This document shows, in pieces, positions 32,488 to 39,827 of a DNA stretch of 39,827 nucleotides. The first letter of the stretch is position 1, and the number at the start of each line of letters is the position of its first letter. The stretch spans positions 1-39,827 of IMG/VR virus record IMGVR_UViG_3300015262_000002. One strand, 5' to 3'. Both the position numbers and the translations under genes were made by a program. The notes below the pieces were generated by a model, which was given only the letters and a program-made list of their open reading frames with translations, searched no databases and was not told where the DNA came from. Source of the DNA: a virus (lineage: Duplodnaviria; Heunggongvirae; Uroviricota; Caudoviricetes).

Positions 32488-32922
32488 TTAGAAACCACCC
32501 AGAAGTTGAATCTGTTTGCTGTATTTGTTGATACGCTTTGCACTACAAGAATTGATGCTGTTCATCAGATTGGCAGCAGTATCACATAGTTTTACTTTAA
32601 GTGCAAGCTCATCCATTCGAATATTATTTATATACTGTTCGTATCTTGTGAACTCATCTTTCGTAACAAGACTAATTGCATTAACAACTTGATGTGAAAA
32701 CCCTAGACTGAACAACTCGCCTGTTGTGGTATTCGTGTCTTCAAGAATATCATGAAGTAGACACGCAGCTCTAAGATCATCAATACAGTCAGCACCACAA
32801 CCATAAGTTCGAACTGCAATGTTTTCCACTTGGTACAGATGAAACATGTATGGGTGTTCACCATACAGTTGACCATCATGTTTCTTGAGTGCTAGTTCAC
32901 GGGCTTTGGTTACTTGAGTCAT
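32488..32922 (-). CDS. HD-domain hydrolase, SpoT/Mesh1-like
   Basis: PY-x-x-HL, LLHDILEDT, VKL-x-D-x-x-x-NL. Confidence 0.8.
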   Translation of the reverse strand: MTQVTKARELALKKHDGQLYGEHPYMFHLYQVENIAVRTYGCGADCIDDLRAACLLHDILEDTNTTTGELFSLGFSHQVVNAISLVTKDEFTRYEQYINNIRMDELALKVKLCDTAANLMNSINSCSAKRINKYSKQIQLLGGF

Positions 32923-32946
32923 ACTTATCTCCTTGTTTGTTCGACT

Positions 32947-32974
32947 ATTCTACCAGAATTTTTAAGCCTGTCAA
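32947..32974 (-). promoter_or_regulatory. sigma70 promoter, 16-bp spacer
   Basis: Minus strand TTGACA-N16-TAGAAT. Confidence 0.8.
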
Positions 32975-32990
32975 CCACTTTCTACAGACG

Positions 32991-33013
32991 AAGAAAAGCC
33001 CGCCGAAGCGGGC
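32991..33013 (-). terminator. Rho-independent terminator
   Basis: GCCCGC-TTCG-GCGGGC then TTTTCTT on minus strand. Confidence 0.9.
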
Positions 33014-33020
33014 CATCCAG

Positions 33021-34826
33021 TTACACCATCAGTTTTGCACGAATCTCATCAAGGGATGTTTGGTTGTAGAAACTACCATCCAAGAATCGAATCTTCAGCA
33101 TGTTGGATTCACTCTGTTCAACCTCACGAGTGACATTATCGGTCAATACATACTCACCATCAACCAAACCAACATACAACAGACCTTTAGCACTCTTCTT
33201 CTTACTATCAGTCTTTGGATCTTTGAAGATTGGAATCTCTTTACCGTTGACTTCTGTATAAGTTGCCTTAACTGCAAAACCGAACGTATCACGTGTTACA
33301 CATTGGTAAGTGTAAGAACCAACACCGAACATTGCATTACCTGAAGCATAGCCCTTGTCAAACAGTCGCTCAAGGATTGTTTGGCAACGATTGGTAGTAA
33401 TCGAGTCGCCATAGATCAAACCAATATGGTCATTCATCAAGCGGTGTCCAGTGGAAGTTTCAGTGTATCCGAAGATATCCATCAATACTTCAACAGCACC
33501 TTTCTGCTCTACAGTCAGGTCAACTTCACGAGCATACCAACCAGTGAAGTGTTTACTATCATAGTAACGTTCTTTGTGAACATATCCGTCGATTGAAACA
33601 ATAACTCCATCCGATGTACGACCAATAAAGCTTGCCTCATCACCACCATCAAGACCTTCAACAACACTGTAACCAATGTCACTAATTGAATCACTAGCTT
33701 CATCAGATTGCTCATCCAACTCAGCGAAAGTGTGCGGAATGCAAATAATCTTAGCACCACAAATCACTTCAACAGGATCACCAGAGTCTGGACGAATAAC
33801 CAAACGACCGGGAGTAACACCATTCGATTGACGACGAAGGATAACTTCTTTCAGATATGGAAGACCACGAGAAATCAAACCGTAGAAGTCAAAGCTGTCA
33901 GCTACATAAGACAGAATACCAACTGGAAACTTCAACATCAGTTCATACATGAACATGATTTCAGCAATCAGTCGAGGATCTTCACTATTCGAAACCATAT
34001 CAAGATAAATCTGAGCTTGCTCTGGATTCTTGAACTTGTAACTTAGTTCTGCAAGTTCTTGTTCAATTCGCAGAATGTTACTTGTGCTTACAGCGTGCTC
34101 AGTTGCAGGTACAGAACAAGCTACAAAGTTACCGGCCTTATAGTACTGTTGAGCGTATAACACAGTACCCAGCGAATCACTACCCAAGAAACTACCAACG
34201 TGACCGAAACCAGAACGTGCAGCATCTTCAGGACCAGACATGCCACGGTCAGCAAAGCTGTGTGCTTGGATATTAACTACTTCAAGAGCAGTACCTGTAC
34301 GAATTGCATAGTCGGTCAACATCGCTCGGTATTCAGCAGCAATAGTTGCAGCCGTGCTTGGTTTCCAAGTCAGGTTACTGATTACAGTTTCAAGGAAGTT
34401 AACCAGCCAGAAAGCGTGTTTCACAGTGTTACGAATAGTCAGGACAGGAATGCCCATGTTTACCTTAGTGCCTTCATCCAGAGTACGGATTTCCAGCGGG
34501 AGATAACCAAGATCATGCAACTTCGACAGACGATCAACAGTAATGATGTCGTAACCGAAGTAACTGTCACACAGAAGTTTGAAACGACCGAGTGCAATAC
34601 CTTTATCCATCTTGAAGAAGTCATCCCACATTTCAACGACTTCCATCACGGCACCTTGGTGACCAATTACAACCAACTTGCCATCATAATACTTCGTGCA
34701 CGAACGACGATAAATACTATCCGAACGCGGTGTCAGGTTTGACGATACAACTTCAGTACCATCTGCATACATGTCCATGTGGCCAAGTTTATAGCCATCA
34801 CTCATGAAAGCGGCAAAAAGTTTCAT
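33021..34826 (-). CDS. namat: NAMPT-family protein; probable Namat of NARP1
   Basis: SDGYKLGH, H-S-F-x-x-RG, VPATEH, S-x-V-x-DS, IRPDSG, LIYGDSI, FGVGS; paired with PRPS-like gene. Confidence 0.88.
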   Translation of the reverse strand: MKLFAAFMSDGYKLGHMDMYADGTEVVSSNLTPRSDSIYRRSCTKYYDGKLVVIGHQGAVMEVVEMWDDFFKMDKGIALGRFKLLCDSYFGYDIITVDRLSKLHDLGYLPLEIRTLDEGTKVNMGIPVLTIRNTVKHAFWLVNFLETVISNLTWKPSTAATIAAEYRAMLTDYAIRTGTALEVVNIQAHSFADRGMSGPEDAARSGFGHVGSFLGSDSLGTVLYAQQYYKAGNFVACSVPATEHAVSTSNILRIEQELAELSYKFKNPEQAQIYLDMVSNSEDPRLIAEIMFMYELMLKFPVGILSYVADSFDFYGLISRGLPYLKEVILRRQSNGVTPGRLVIRPDSGDPVEVICGAKIICIPHTFAELDEQSDEASDSISDIGYSVVEGLDGGDEASFIGRTSDGVIVSIDGYVHKERYYDSKHFTGWYAREVDLTVEQKGAVEVLMDIFGYTETSTGHRLMNDHIGLIYGDSITTNRCQTILERLFDKGYASGNAMFGVGSYTYQCVTRDTFGFAVKATYTEVNGKEIPIFKDPKTDSKKKSAKGLLYVGLVDGEYVLTDNVTREVEQSESNMLKIRFLDGSFYNQTSLDEIRAKLMV

Positions 34827-34996
34827 TATTTCTTCTCCGTGATAATTTTAGTAAGTACTTCAATAAGCTCAGGAATCTCATCGTGAAACAAAACGATTGC
34901 ATCCCAAGTGTCTGGACCAACGCCTAAAATAATATGGTCACCACCTTTCTTAACATATATCTCAGGATCACATTTCAATCGAGTTGGTGCAGCCAT
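34826..34996 (-). CDS. 56-aa hypothetical protein (not in track)
   Basis: AAGGAG SD; TAATG overlap with namat. Confidence 0.7.
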   Translation of the reverse strand: MAAPTRLKCDPEIYVKKGGDHIILGVGPDTWDAIVLFHDEIPELIEVLTKIITEKK

Positions 34997-35008
34997 GTTT
35001 CTTTCTCC

Positions 35009-35332
35009 TTAAAATACGTCTCTACTTTCTAGATATTTAATGTGTGAACGCAATTCAGTCGTCAACCAATTGAAAGCCGTCCTCAAATCTTGAACAGGTT
35101 TATCACAGACAACTTCAAAACGATCCTGATTGTAACGGGCAATCTTGAAGTTATCATTAATGATCGAGTACATCGTAGGTCGATCAAATGGTTCATCATT
35201 CACCAAAGCATAAGTATGAGCCGGTTCAATTACTTCAGCTACCTTGTAAACTTTTCCAACAGTAATACCACCCGGTGGACCACGACGTAAATCAGAGCGC
35301 GGTGTGGTGATTTGAACGCATCTAACCTTCAT
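35009..35332 (-). CDS. Hypothetical protein
   Basis: AAGGA SD. Confidence 0.7.
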   Translation of the reverse strand: MKVRCVQITTPRSDLRRGPPGGITVGKVYKVAEVIEPAHTYALVNDEPFDRPTMYSIINDNFKIARYNQDRFEVVCDKPVQDLRTAFNWLTTELRSHIKYLESRDVF

Positions 35333-35341
35333 TTGTAATCC

Positions 35342-36181
35342 TTAGTATACCGAAATGATACGGACAATACCGTTATTCTTGTCGCTTATGATGCTGTCCG
35401 TAGTATAGATTGTGTCATAGTGCTTTGCAACAACATCTACACCTTTCGAGAACAATCCGTGTGTAACGGCAAGGTCAAGATTAGAAACATTACCTGTAGC
35501 CTCAAGAAGCTGTGCTACTTCGATGAATGTACGACCACCATCACACAGGTCATCCAAAACCAAGATGTTAGCGGATTCAGGAACATAGTCAAGCACTTTC
35601 AAACCGATGATCTTACCAGTAAGCTTGTCGCGTTCTTTTGCACAGGTGATAACACCAGCAGCACCAACAGCTTTTGCAAACGCTTCACACTTCTTACTTG
35701 CACCAGCATCTGGAGCAACAATGTAAACTTCTCGAAAACTCGGATAGATATTACGGAAGATATCTAATTGAGTAACCTCAACCATGTTATCAATACAAGC
35801 ATCAGCGACGATACTGTGGGCGTCAAGGACGAACACTGATGAGAAACCCATAGAGTTGATCATCTTTCCAATTACTTTCAAGCTGTTAGGCTCACCAGCA
35901 TTCACAGCACGATCTTGACGGCTGTATGGAATGTAAGGTAGTTCCAATTCCAACTTAGCAACAGGGTATTGACGTTTTACAGCATCAACAACCATCGCAA
36001 GTGCAATGATGTCATCATTGATTGTAAACCCCTCACTACCAAAGATGCAAGTGATTTTAACCAGATCGTTTGTAAAGTCTTTTGCCTGACTACCCACTTG
36101 GATATCAACCCCGACACAACCGTCAGGAAACTTCCATTGACGAACAGTGGTTTGTATATTACCCACGTTATACTTAATCAT
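35342..36181 (-). CDS. adps: PRPS-family protein; probable Adps of NARP1
   Basis: FPDG, PY-x-PYSRQDR, D-x-HS, APDAGA, LDDLCDGGRTF, THGLFS. Confidence 0.88.
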   Translation of the reverse strand: MIKYNVGNIQTTVRQWKFPDGCVGVDIQVGSQAKDFTNDLVKITCIFGSEGFTINDDIIALAMVVDAVKRQYPVAKLELELPYIPYSRQDRAVNAGEPNSLKVIGKMINSMGFSSVFVLDAHSIVADACIDNMVEVTQLDIFRNIYPSFREVYIVAPDAGASKKCEAFAKAVGAAGVITCAKERDKLTGKIIGLKVLDYVPESANILVLDDLCDGGRTFIEVAQLLEATGNVSNLDLAVTHGLFSKGVDVVAKHYDTIYTTDSIISDKNNGIVRIISVY

Positions 36182-36414
36182 TTTTCAACTCCAGTAACCA
36201 ATTCAAGTTCATTAGGGAAAACATACCAATAATCATGCCCATCCATATACTCAGCACGAATGTGACCATCATCATCTGGTTCATCAACAATGATCCTAAC
36301 GATTTCACCTTCATCAAAGAAGTGACCACTATCAAAATTGCGACCAAATAACAAGGAAATTTTACTCTCTGGTAGAACACGGCAAATATCACCGTTGACA
36401 AATACATTTTTCAT
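36178..36414 (-). CDS. Hypothetical protein
   Basis: AAGGAG SD before ATG 36414. Confidence 0.7.
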   Translation of the reverse strand: MKNVFVNGDICRVLPESKISLLFGRNFDSGHFFDEGEIVRIIVDEPDDDGHIRAEYMDGHDYWYVFPNELELVTGVEK

Positions 36415-36519
36415 TTTGACTTCTCCTTTAGTGGTCTGTCTTCCCAGTTCCACTGTTTAGATGCTTCAGTGTGATGGACTTGTTTTGTTTTAACGCAAGT
36501 CCAGCTATTCACATTCATA

Positions 36520-37398
36520 CTAAAACTCAATGTACGGATCGGCTACTGCGATCACGTTAGGGATTTTCAGTTCATGCCAAAGACGAATCATCTGAGGACG
36601 GTCATCAACACAGGCAACAATGTTATACTTATGTGCAAGGTTTGTCCAGAAGATTTCTTCCTTTACGGCATTATCTTTTCGGAAGTCACCATTCTTGCGC
36701 ATGAACAAATGATGCCAGAACATACTTCCTACATGTTCGTCAAGCCATGCGGACGTTTCACCCACACAAATATCGTCTCGACCTGAGCAGATAATGATAG
36801 CATAACCCATCATTGCGTAGTTGCGCAACATTTGAATTACGAATTCACGAGGTTTATCTTCACCGACACGTTTCCATTCAAATGGACCACGACCATCCAT
36901 GTGTGCGATGGTGCCGTCCACATCAAAAATGATTGCCTTTGGAAGACTTTCATCAGCGACATAAGTAATTCGACCAACGTAATCGTTGTAGTCTTTAAAC
37001 TGGCGATAAATAATACCTTCACCAACACCGTTTGGTCGAAGACGATCACGCTTGTAAGCAGTCTCTTGTGCTACATGAAATTCTTTGATTTCAACAACAT
37101 AACCAAGGTCTTGCAGAGTTCGTACCAGATTGTTACGCCGACCAGCATTCAAGTTAGTGTCACTGATTACAATGTTCTCACCACGAGCCCAACTTTCCAT
37201 AACCATTTGTTCATGGGTTCGAGTTACTTCCTTTTCATTCTTACCATTAAACTTGTAGTTGCTCCAGTTGGAACCCGGACATACGACATTGAATCGAATG
37301 TAATCCCGATTGATATCACGGAAACCTTGAGCTACAAGCTCATTCGCAAATGTGGTTTTCCCACTTGCACTTACGCCGACTGTTACATAAGCTTTCAA
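36520..37398 (-). CDS. pseT: Polynucleotide kinase/3'-phosphatase (T4 PseT-like)
   Basis: P-loop GVSASGKT; HAD DVDGT; SGR; DDRP. Confidence 0.9.
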   Translation of the reverse strand: MKAYVTVGVSASGKTTFANELVAQGFRDINRDYIRFNVVCPGSNWSNYKFNGKNEKEVTRTHEQMVMESWARGENIVISDTNLNAGRRNNLVRTLQDLGYVVEIKEFHVAQETAYKRDRLRPNGVGEGIIYRQFKDYNDYVGRITYVADESLPKAIIFDVDGTIAHMDGRGPFEWKRVGEDKPREFVIQMLRNYAMMGYAIIICSGRDDICVGETSAWLDEHVGSMFWHHLFMRKNGDFRKDNAVKEEIFWTNLAHKYNIVACVDDRPQMIRLWHELKIPNVIAVADPYIEF

Positions 37399-38510
37399 AC
37401 TACATACTCCTTTAGAATGTCCATTTTATAAGTATCACGTTGATCGTTGAATGCTTCAATAACACCTGTTTTCTTAGATCGAGCTTGGAACAATGCAGCT
37501 TTAAAAGGATATTTCTGAGCTTCAATCGCAAAGTCACGCTGGTCATCAGTGTACTTGATCAAACTATACACATCATACATATGAACGTCAAGCGCATTCT
37601 TAGCCTCAACATACGGAATAAACACTTCACGGTCTTCTGGGAAGTATTGTAAGTATTCATCTTGCTCATTCACCAGTACCAGTTGCATGATTCGTTTAGG
37701 ATTCAGTCCTTCACCACGAATATGATGAACAGCTACGTAAGCTGGCGACTTCACTTTTGCAATCGGAACACCATCTTGGTAGATAACGTAACCTTCGTCA
37801 AGGTCTTTCAATTCACGAGAAGTACGCAGACATTCTTCGACGGTATCAAATCGGTATTCTTTGATTTCATGTGCACCAAACAGCAACACTTGATCTTTCT
37901 CGCTTTTAATGTAATCACCAGAATAGTTACCACGGCAAGCAAGGTAATGAAGTTTGTATCCTTCATAACGCTTGACAACACGATTTTCTACACTTGTCAG
38001 TTCAAAGATGTAAGTGAAGCCTTCCCAAAGGAACATTTTGCATTTACCTTGGAACTCATAATCATTCTTGCAACCAAGAGCAACCCAAACCAATTCTTGG
38101 AAAGTAACACCGTAACCCATGCAATCACTATCACCATACGCTGTACCCTTCGTAGAGATGTACCAGTGACCTTTGTGGTTGTATATCTTAATCAGGCTAC
38201 CATCAACCTTTTCAAAGGCTACAGCACGCTTCCAGTCAATCTCAGGCATGACATTCAATGCCTCGCCGTAGTTGAAAAATCTGTCCATGCTACGCGACAC
38301 AACCTTCAGTGTTCCAGCTTCCAGAATCAGACTGCGACATTCCATCACAATTGGATTAGTTTTTGGGCTATCAATCTGGTTGTAATTCAGAACCAGAAGG
38401 TCATCCACTTTCTTTACACTGATTGCGAACTGTTCGGTGAGTGCTGCAAGACCTTCGTCAAGATCATGAAGGGATGTGCTGTGCTGCTTGATGAATTCGA
38501 TTACTTTCAT
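37395..38510 (-). CDS. rnl1: RNA ligase, T4 Rnl1 family
   Basis: ECRSLIL, FFNYGE, EKVDGSLI, FEL-x-S-x-x-NR-x-V, EGYV, K-x-KS. Confidence 0.88.
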   Translation of the reverse strand: MKVIEFIKQHSTSLHDLDEGLAALTEQFAISVKKVDDLLVLNYNQIDSPKTNPIVMECRSLILEAGTLKVVSRSMDRFFNYGEALNVMPEIDWKRAVAFEKVDGSLIKIYNHKGHWYISTKGTAYGDSDCMGYGVTFQELVWVALGCKNDYEFQGKCKMFLWEGFTYIFELTSVENRVVKRYEGYKLHYLACRGNYSGDYIKSEKDQVLLFGAHEIKEYRFDTVEECLRTSRELKDLDEGYVIYQDGVPIAKVKSPAYVAVHHIRGEGLNPKRIMQLVLVNEQDEYLQYFPEDREVFIPYVEAKNALDVHMYDVYSLIKYTDDQRDFAIEAQKYPFKAALFQARSKKTGVIEAFNDQRDTYKMDILKEYVV

Positions 38511-38640
38511 TTTGTTTCTCCTTGATTGAGTGGTGTACGGCAACCGGGACATACTGAAGCTGGTCCAAAACAGATAAACCCAGACACTCCACATTCACAT
38601 TTAAAGTACATTTGATGTCTCTCGTTGGTTGATGTCGGCA

Positions 38641-38668
38641 ATTCTACACCATCTATTCACCATGTCAA
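38641..38668 (-). promoter_or_regulatory. sigma70 promoter for rnl1-pseT operon, 16-bp spacer
   Basis: Minus strand TTGACA-N16-TAGAAT. Confidence 0.8.
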
Positions 38669-38677
38669 CGACTATTT

Positions 38678-38796
38678 TCACCACCCTCTGAGGTAGGTCA
38701 AATACAATCTCACCACCCTGTCAGGTAGGTGTGTCACCACCCTCAGAGGGTCTGAAGTAAGAAAGACTGAGTAAGACAGATAAGTAGTAAGAAAGA
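38678..38796. repeat. Iteron-like direct repeats
   Basis: TCACCACCCT-N3-AGG-type unit at 38678, 38710, 38734; AGTAAGA(A/C)AGA x3 after it. Confidence 0.8.
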
Positions 38797-38801
38797 AAAG
38801 C

Positions 38802-38830
38802 TTGCGTACACATCCTCGCATGGGTATGGT
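38802..38830 (+). promoter_or_regulatory. Possible sigma70 promoter
   Basis: TTGCGT-N17-TATGGT. Confidence 0.45.
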
Positions 38831-38864
38831 GTGTGGAATTACAGAACAGAGTGTAGGAAAAAAA

Positions 38865-39338
38865 ATGAGTAGTGAGTTTTACAAGGCACCTAAGAATCTG
38901 ATGAGTGCTACAGGATTCGTAAGTAAATCAACAGGTGAACCAGTAGACCTTACTGCTGTTGATAAGCTGGTACTGATCTATATGTACGCAAGAACCACGT
39001 ACTTCAACAATTCAGGATGTGGTCATTATGAAACACAGGTCACCATTGGTAATGCAATCGGTTTGGAATGGAAAGCTGTAGCAAGATCGTTAAAGAAGAT
39101 GTATGATGGTGGTGTACTGGATGCTGACAAACCAAGATCGAATGGTAACAAGAGTTGGGTGTATAAGAGTGTGAACCTTGACATTAATTTCTTTGGAACC
39201 AAGAGAATTCAAAAAGAAGTGAACATAGTGGTTGACAAGGTTGTAGAACCTAGTATCATGGAACCACAAGCAAACGACATCGAATACTGTGAATACGATG
39301 ATGAATTTTTACAATCAGTGAGGTTTCGAGATGAATGA
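38865..39338 (+). CDS. Winged-HTH protein, replication-initiator-like
   Basis: DKLVLIYM ... ETQ-x-x-IG-x-x-IG ... V-x-R-x-LK-x-M-x-x-x-G-V; AGGA SD before ATG 38865. Confidence 0.55.
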   Translation: MSSEFYKAPKNLMSATGFVSKSTGEPVDLTAVDKLVLIYMYARTTYFNNSGCGHYETQVTIGNAIGLEWKAVARSLKKMYDGGVLDADKPRSNGNKSWVYKSVNLDINFFGTKRIQKEVNIVVDKVVEPSIMEPQANDIEYCEYDDEFLQSVRFRDE

Positions 39339-39570
39339 TGGAATTATGAATACTTGGGATGTCGTTAACAACCATGGTCACGGTCACGTGGTGTATCGAT
39401 GTGCAAAACAAAGTACTGCTGAATACCTACGTGACTGGTGCGAAGCTGAAGAGTGGGATCGGTTTCTGAATACCTCAAAACGTTTGTACGGTGTTTACCC
39501 ACATGTCATACCATTCATGGAAAAAAGAATCGATACATTTTCAGTAGCAGAGAGCGAGGTAATTTTGTGA
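39331..39570 (+). CDS. Hypothetical protein
   Basis: Overlap-coupled. Confidence 0.65.
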   Translation: MNDGIMNTWDVVNNHGHGHVVYRCAKQSTAEYLRDWCEAEEWDRFLNTSKRLYGVYPHVIPFMEKRIDTFSVAESEVIL

Positions 39571-39746
39571 GTTTTGATTTTGGTGATAACAACTTTCACG
39601 GTGGTGCAGTGTTAGCAGATGATTCATGCGGTTCAGCAAGCCTCACAACCCACACAGGAGACGTTTTAATCTTTAAGGTGGATCATGACCCAGAATTCAC
39701 AATGAGTGGCGTCTATGACCCTTGTAGCTCGTTTGAGAAGTGGTGA
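39567..39746 (+). CDS. Hypothetical protein
   Basis: GTGA overlap with GAGGT SD; start trimmed. Confidence 0.6.
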   Translation: MSFDFGDNNFHGGAVLADDSCGSASLTTHTGDVLIFKVDHDPEFTMSGVYDPCSSFEKW

Positions 39747-39750
39747 CATA

Positions 39751-39827
39751 ATGTGCACAGTGGTCAATAAATACAAAGAGGAGTATGATGTCTATATCGG
39801 AAGAGGATCAGCATGGGGTAATCCATT
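39751..39827 (+). CDS. DUF4326-family protein, N-terminus (truncated by window)
   Basis: DVYIGRGS-x-WGNP. Confidence 0.75.
   Translation, partial: MCTVVNKYKEEYDVYIGRGSAWGNP

Noticed and set aside
33480-33790. Possible intein or intron in the NAMPT-like gene
   Set aside because: The frame is open, the insertion is short, and there are no intein Cys/Ser start or His-Asn end motifs
750-38525. Long opposite-strand ORFs (e.g. 750-1292, 26855-27589, 30011-30634, 34200-34742, 37662-38525)
   Set aside because: Shadows of better-supported genes; no SD or recognisable motifs
1-39827. tRNA, rRNA, integrase or transposase
   Set aside because: No cloverleaf/T-loop pattern or recombinase motif recognised by eye; tRNAscan-SE would confirm

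Overview
About 40 kb of a lytic tailed-phage genome. A Pseudomonas host is inferred from a Pseudomonas-type PhaZ and from gene content resembling ~90-100 kb PAK_P1/phiPsa374-like myoviruses; this assignment is from memory and unverified. Layout: (1) 1-219, 3' end of ribonucleotide reductase alpha. (2) 400-5854, + strand run of small hypothetical ORFs. (3) ~5.9-17.95 kb, an early/host-takeover-like module: about 35 small + strand ORFs behind a family of near-identical sigma70 promoters with 16-bp spacers, bracketed by two gene-free regions that share an inverted motif. It holds two exact parS-consensus sites, Fur-box-like sites, sigma54-like sites and a ~740-bp array of short unrelated hairpins. 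(4) 17987-38510, - strand genes: two HNH nucleases, PHA depolymerase, PD-(D/E)xK nuclease, cupin, TOPRIM protein, metallophosphatase, PL7 alginate lyase, permuted SLOG protein, DNA ligase, dCMP deaminase, HD hydrolase, NAMPT-like/PRPS-like pair (NARP1-type NAD+ reconstitution), PNK and RNA ligase. (5) 38678-39827, iteron-like repeats followed by a divergent + strand operon starting with a wHTH protein. No tRNA, rRNA, CRISPR array or integrase was seen. All family calls come from motif recognition, not database searches. Several ORF starts were moved to the SD-supported codon, and some ORFs under 60 aa were added by manual translation.
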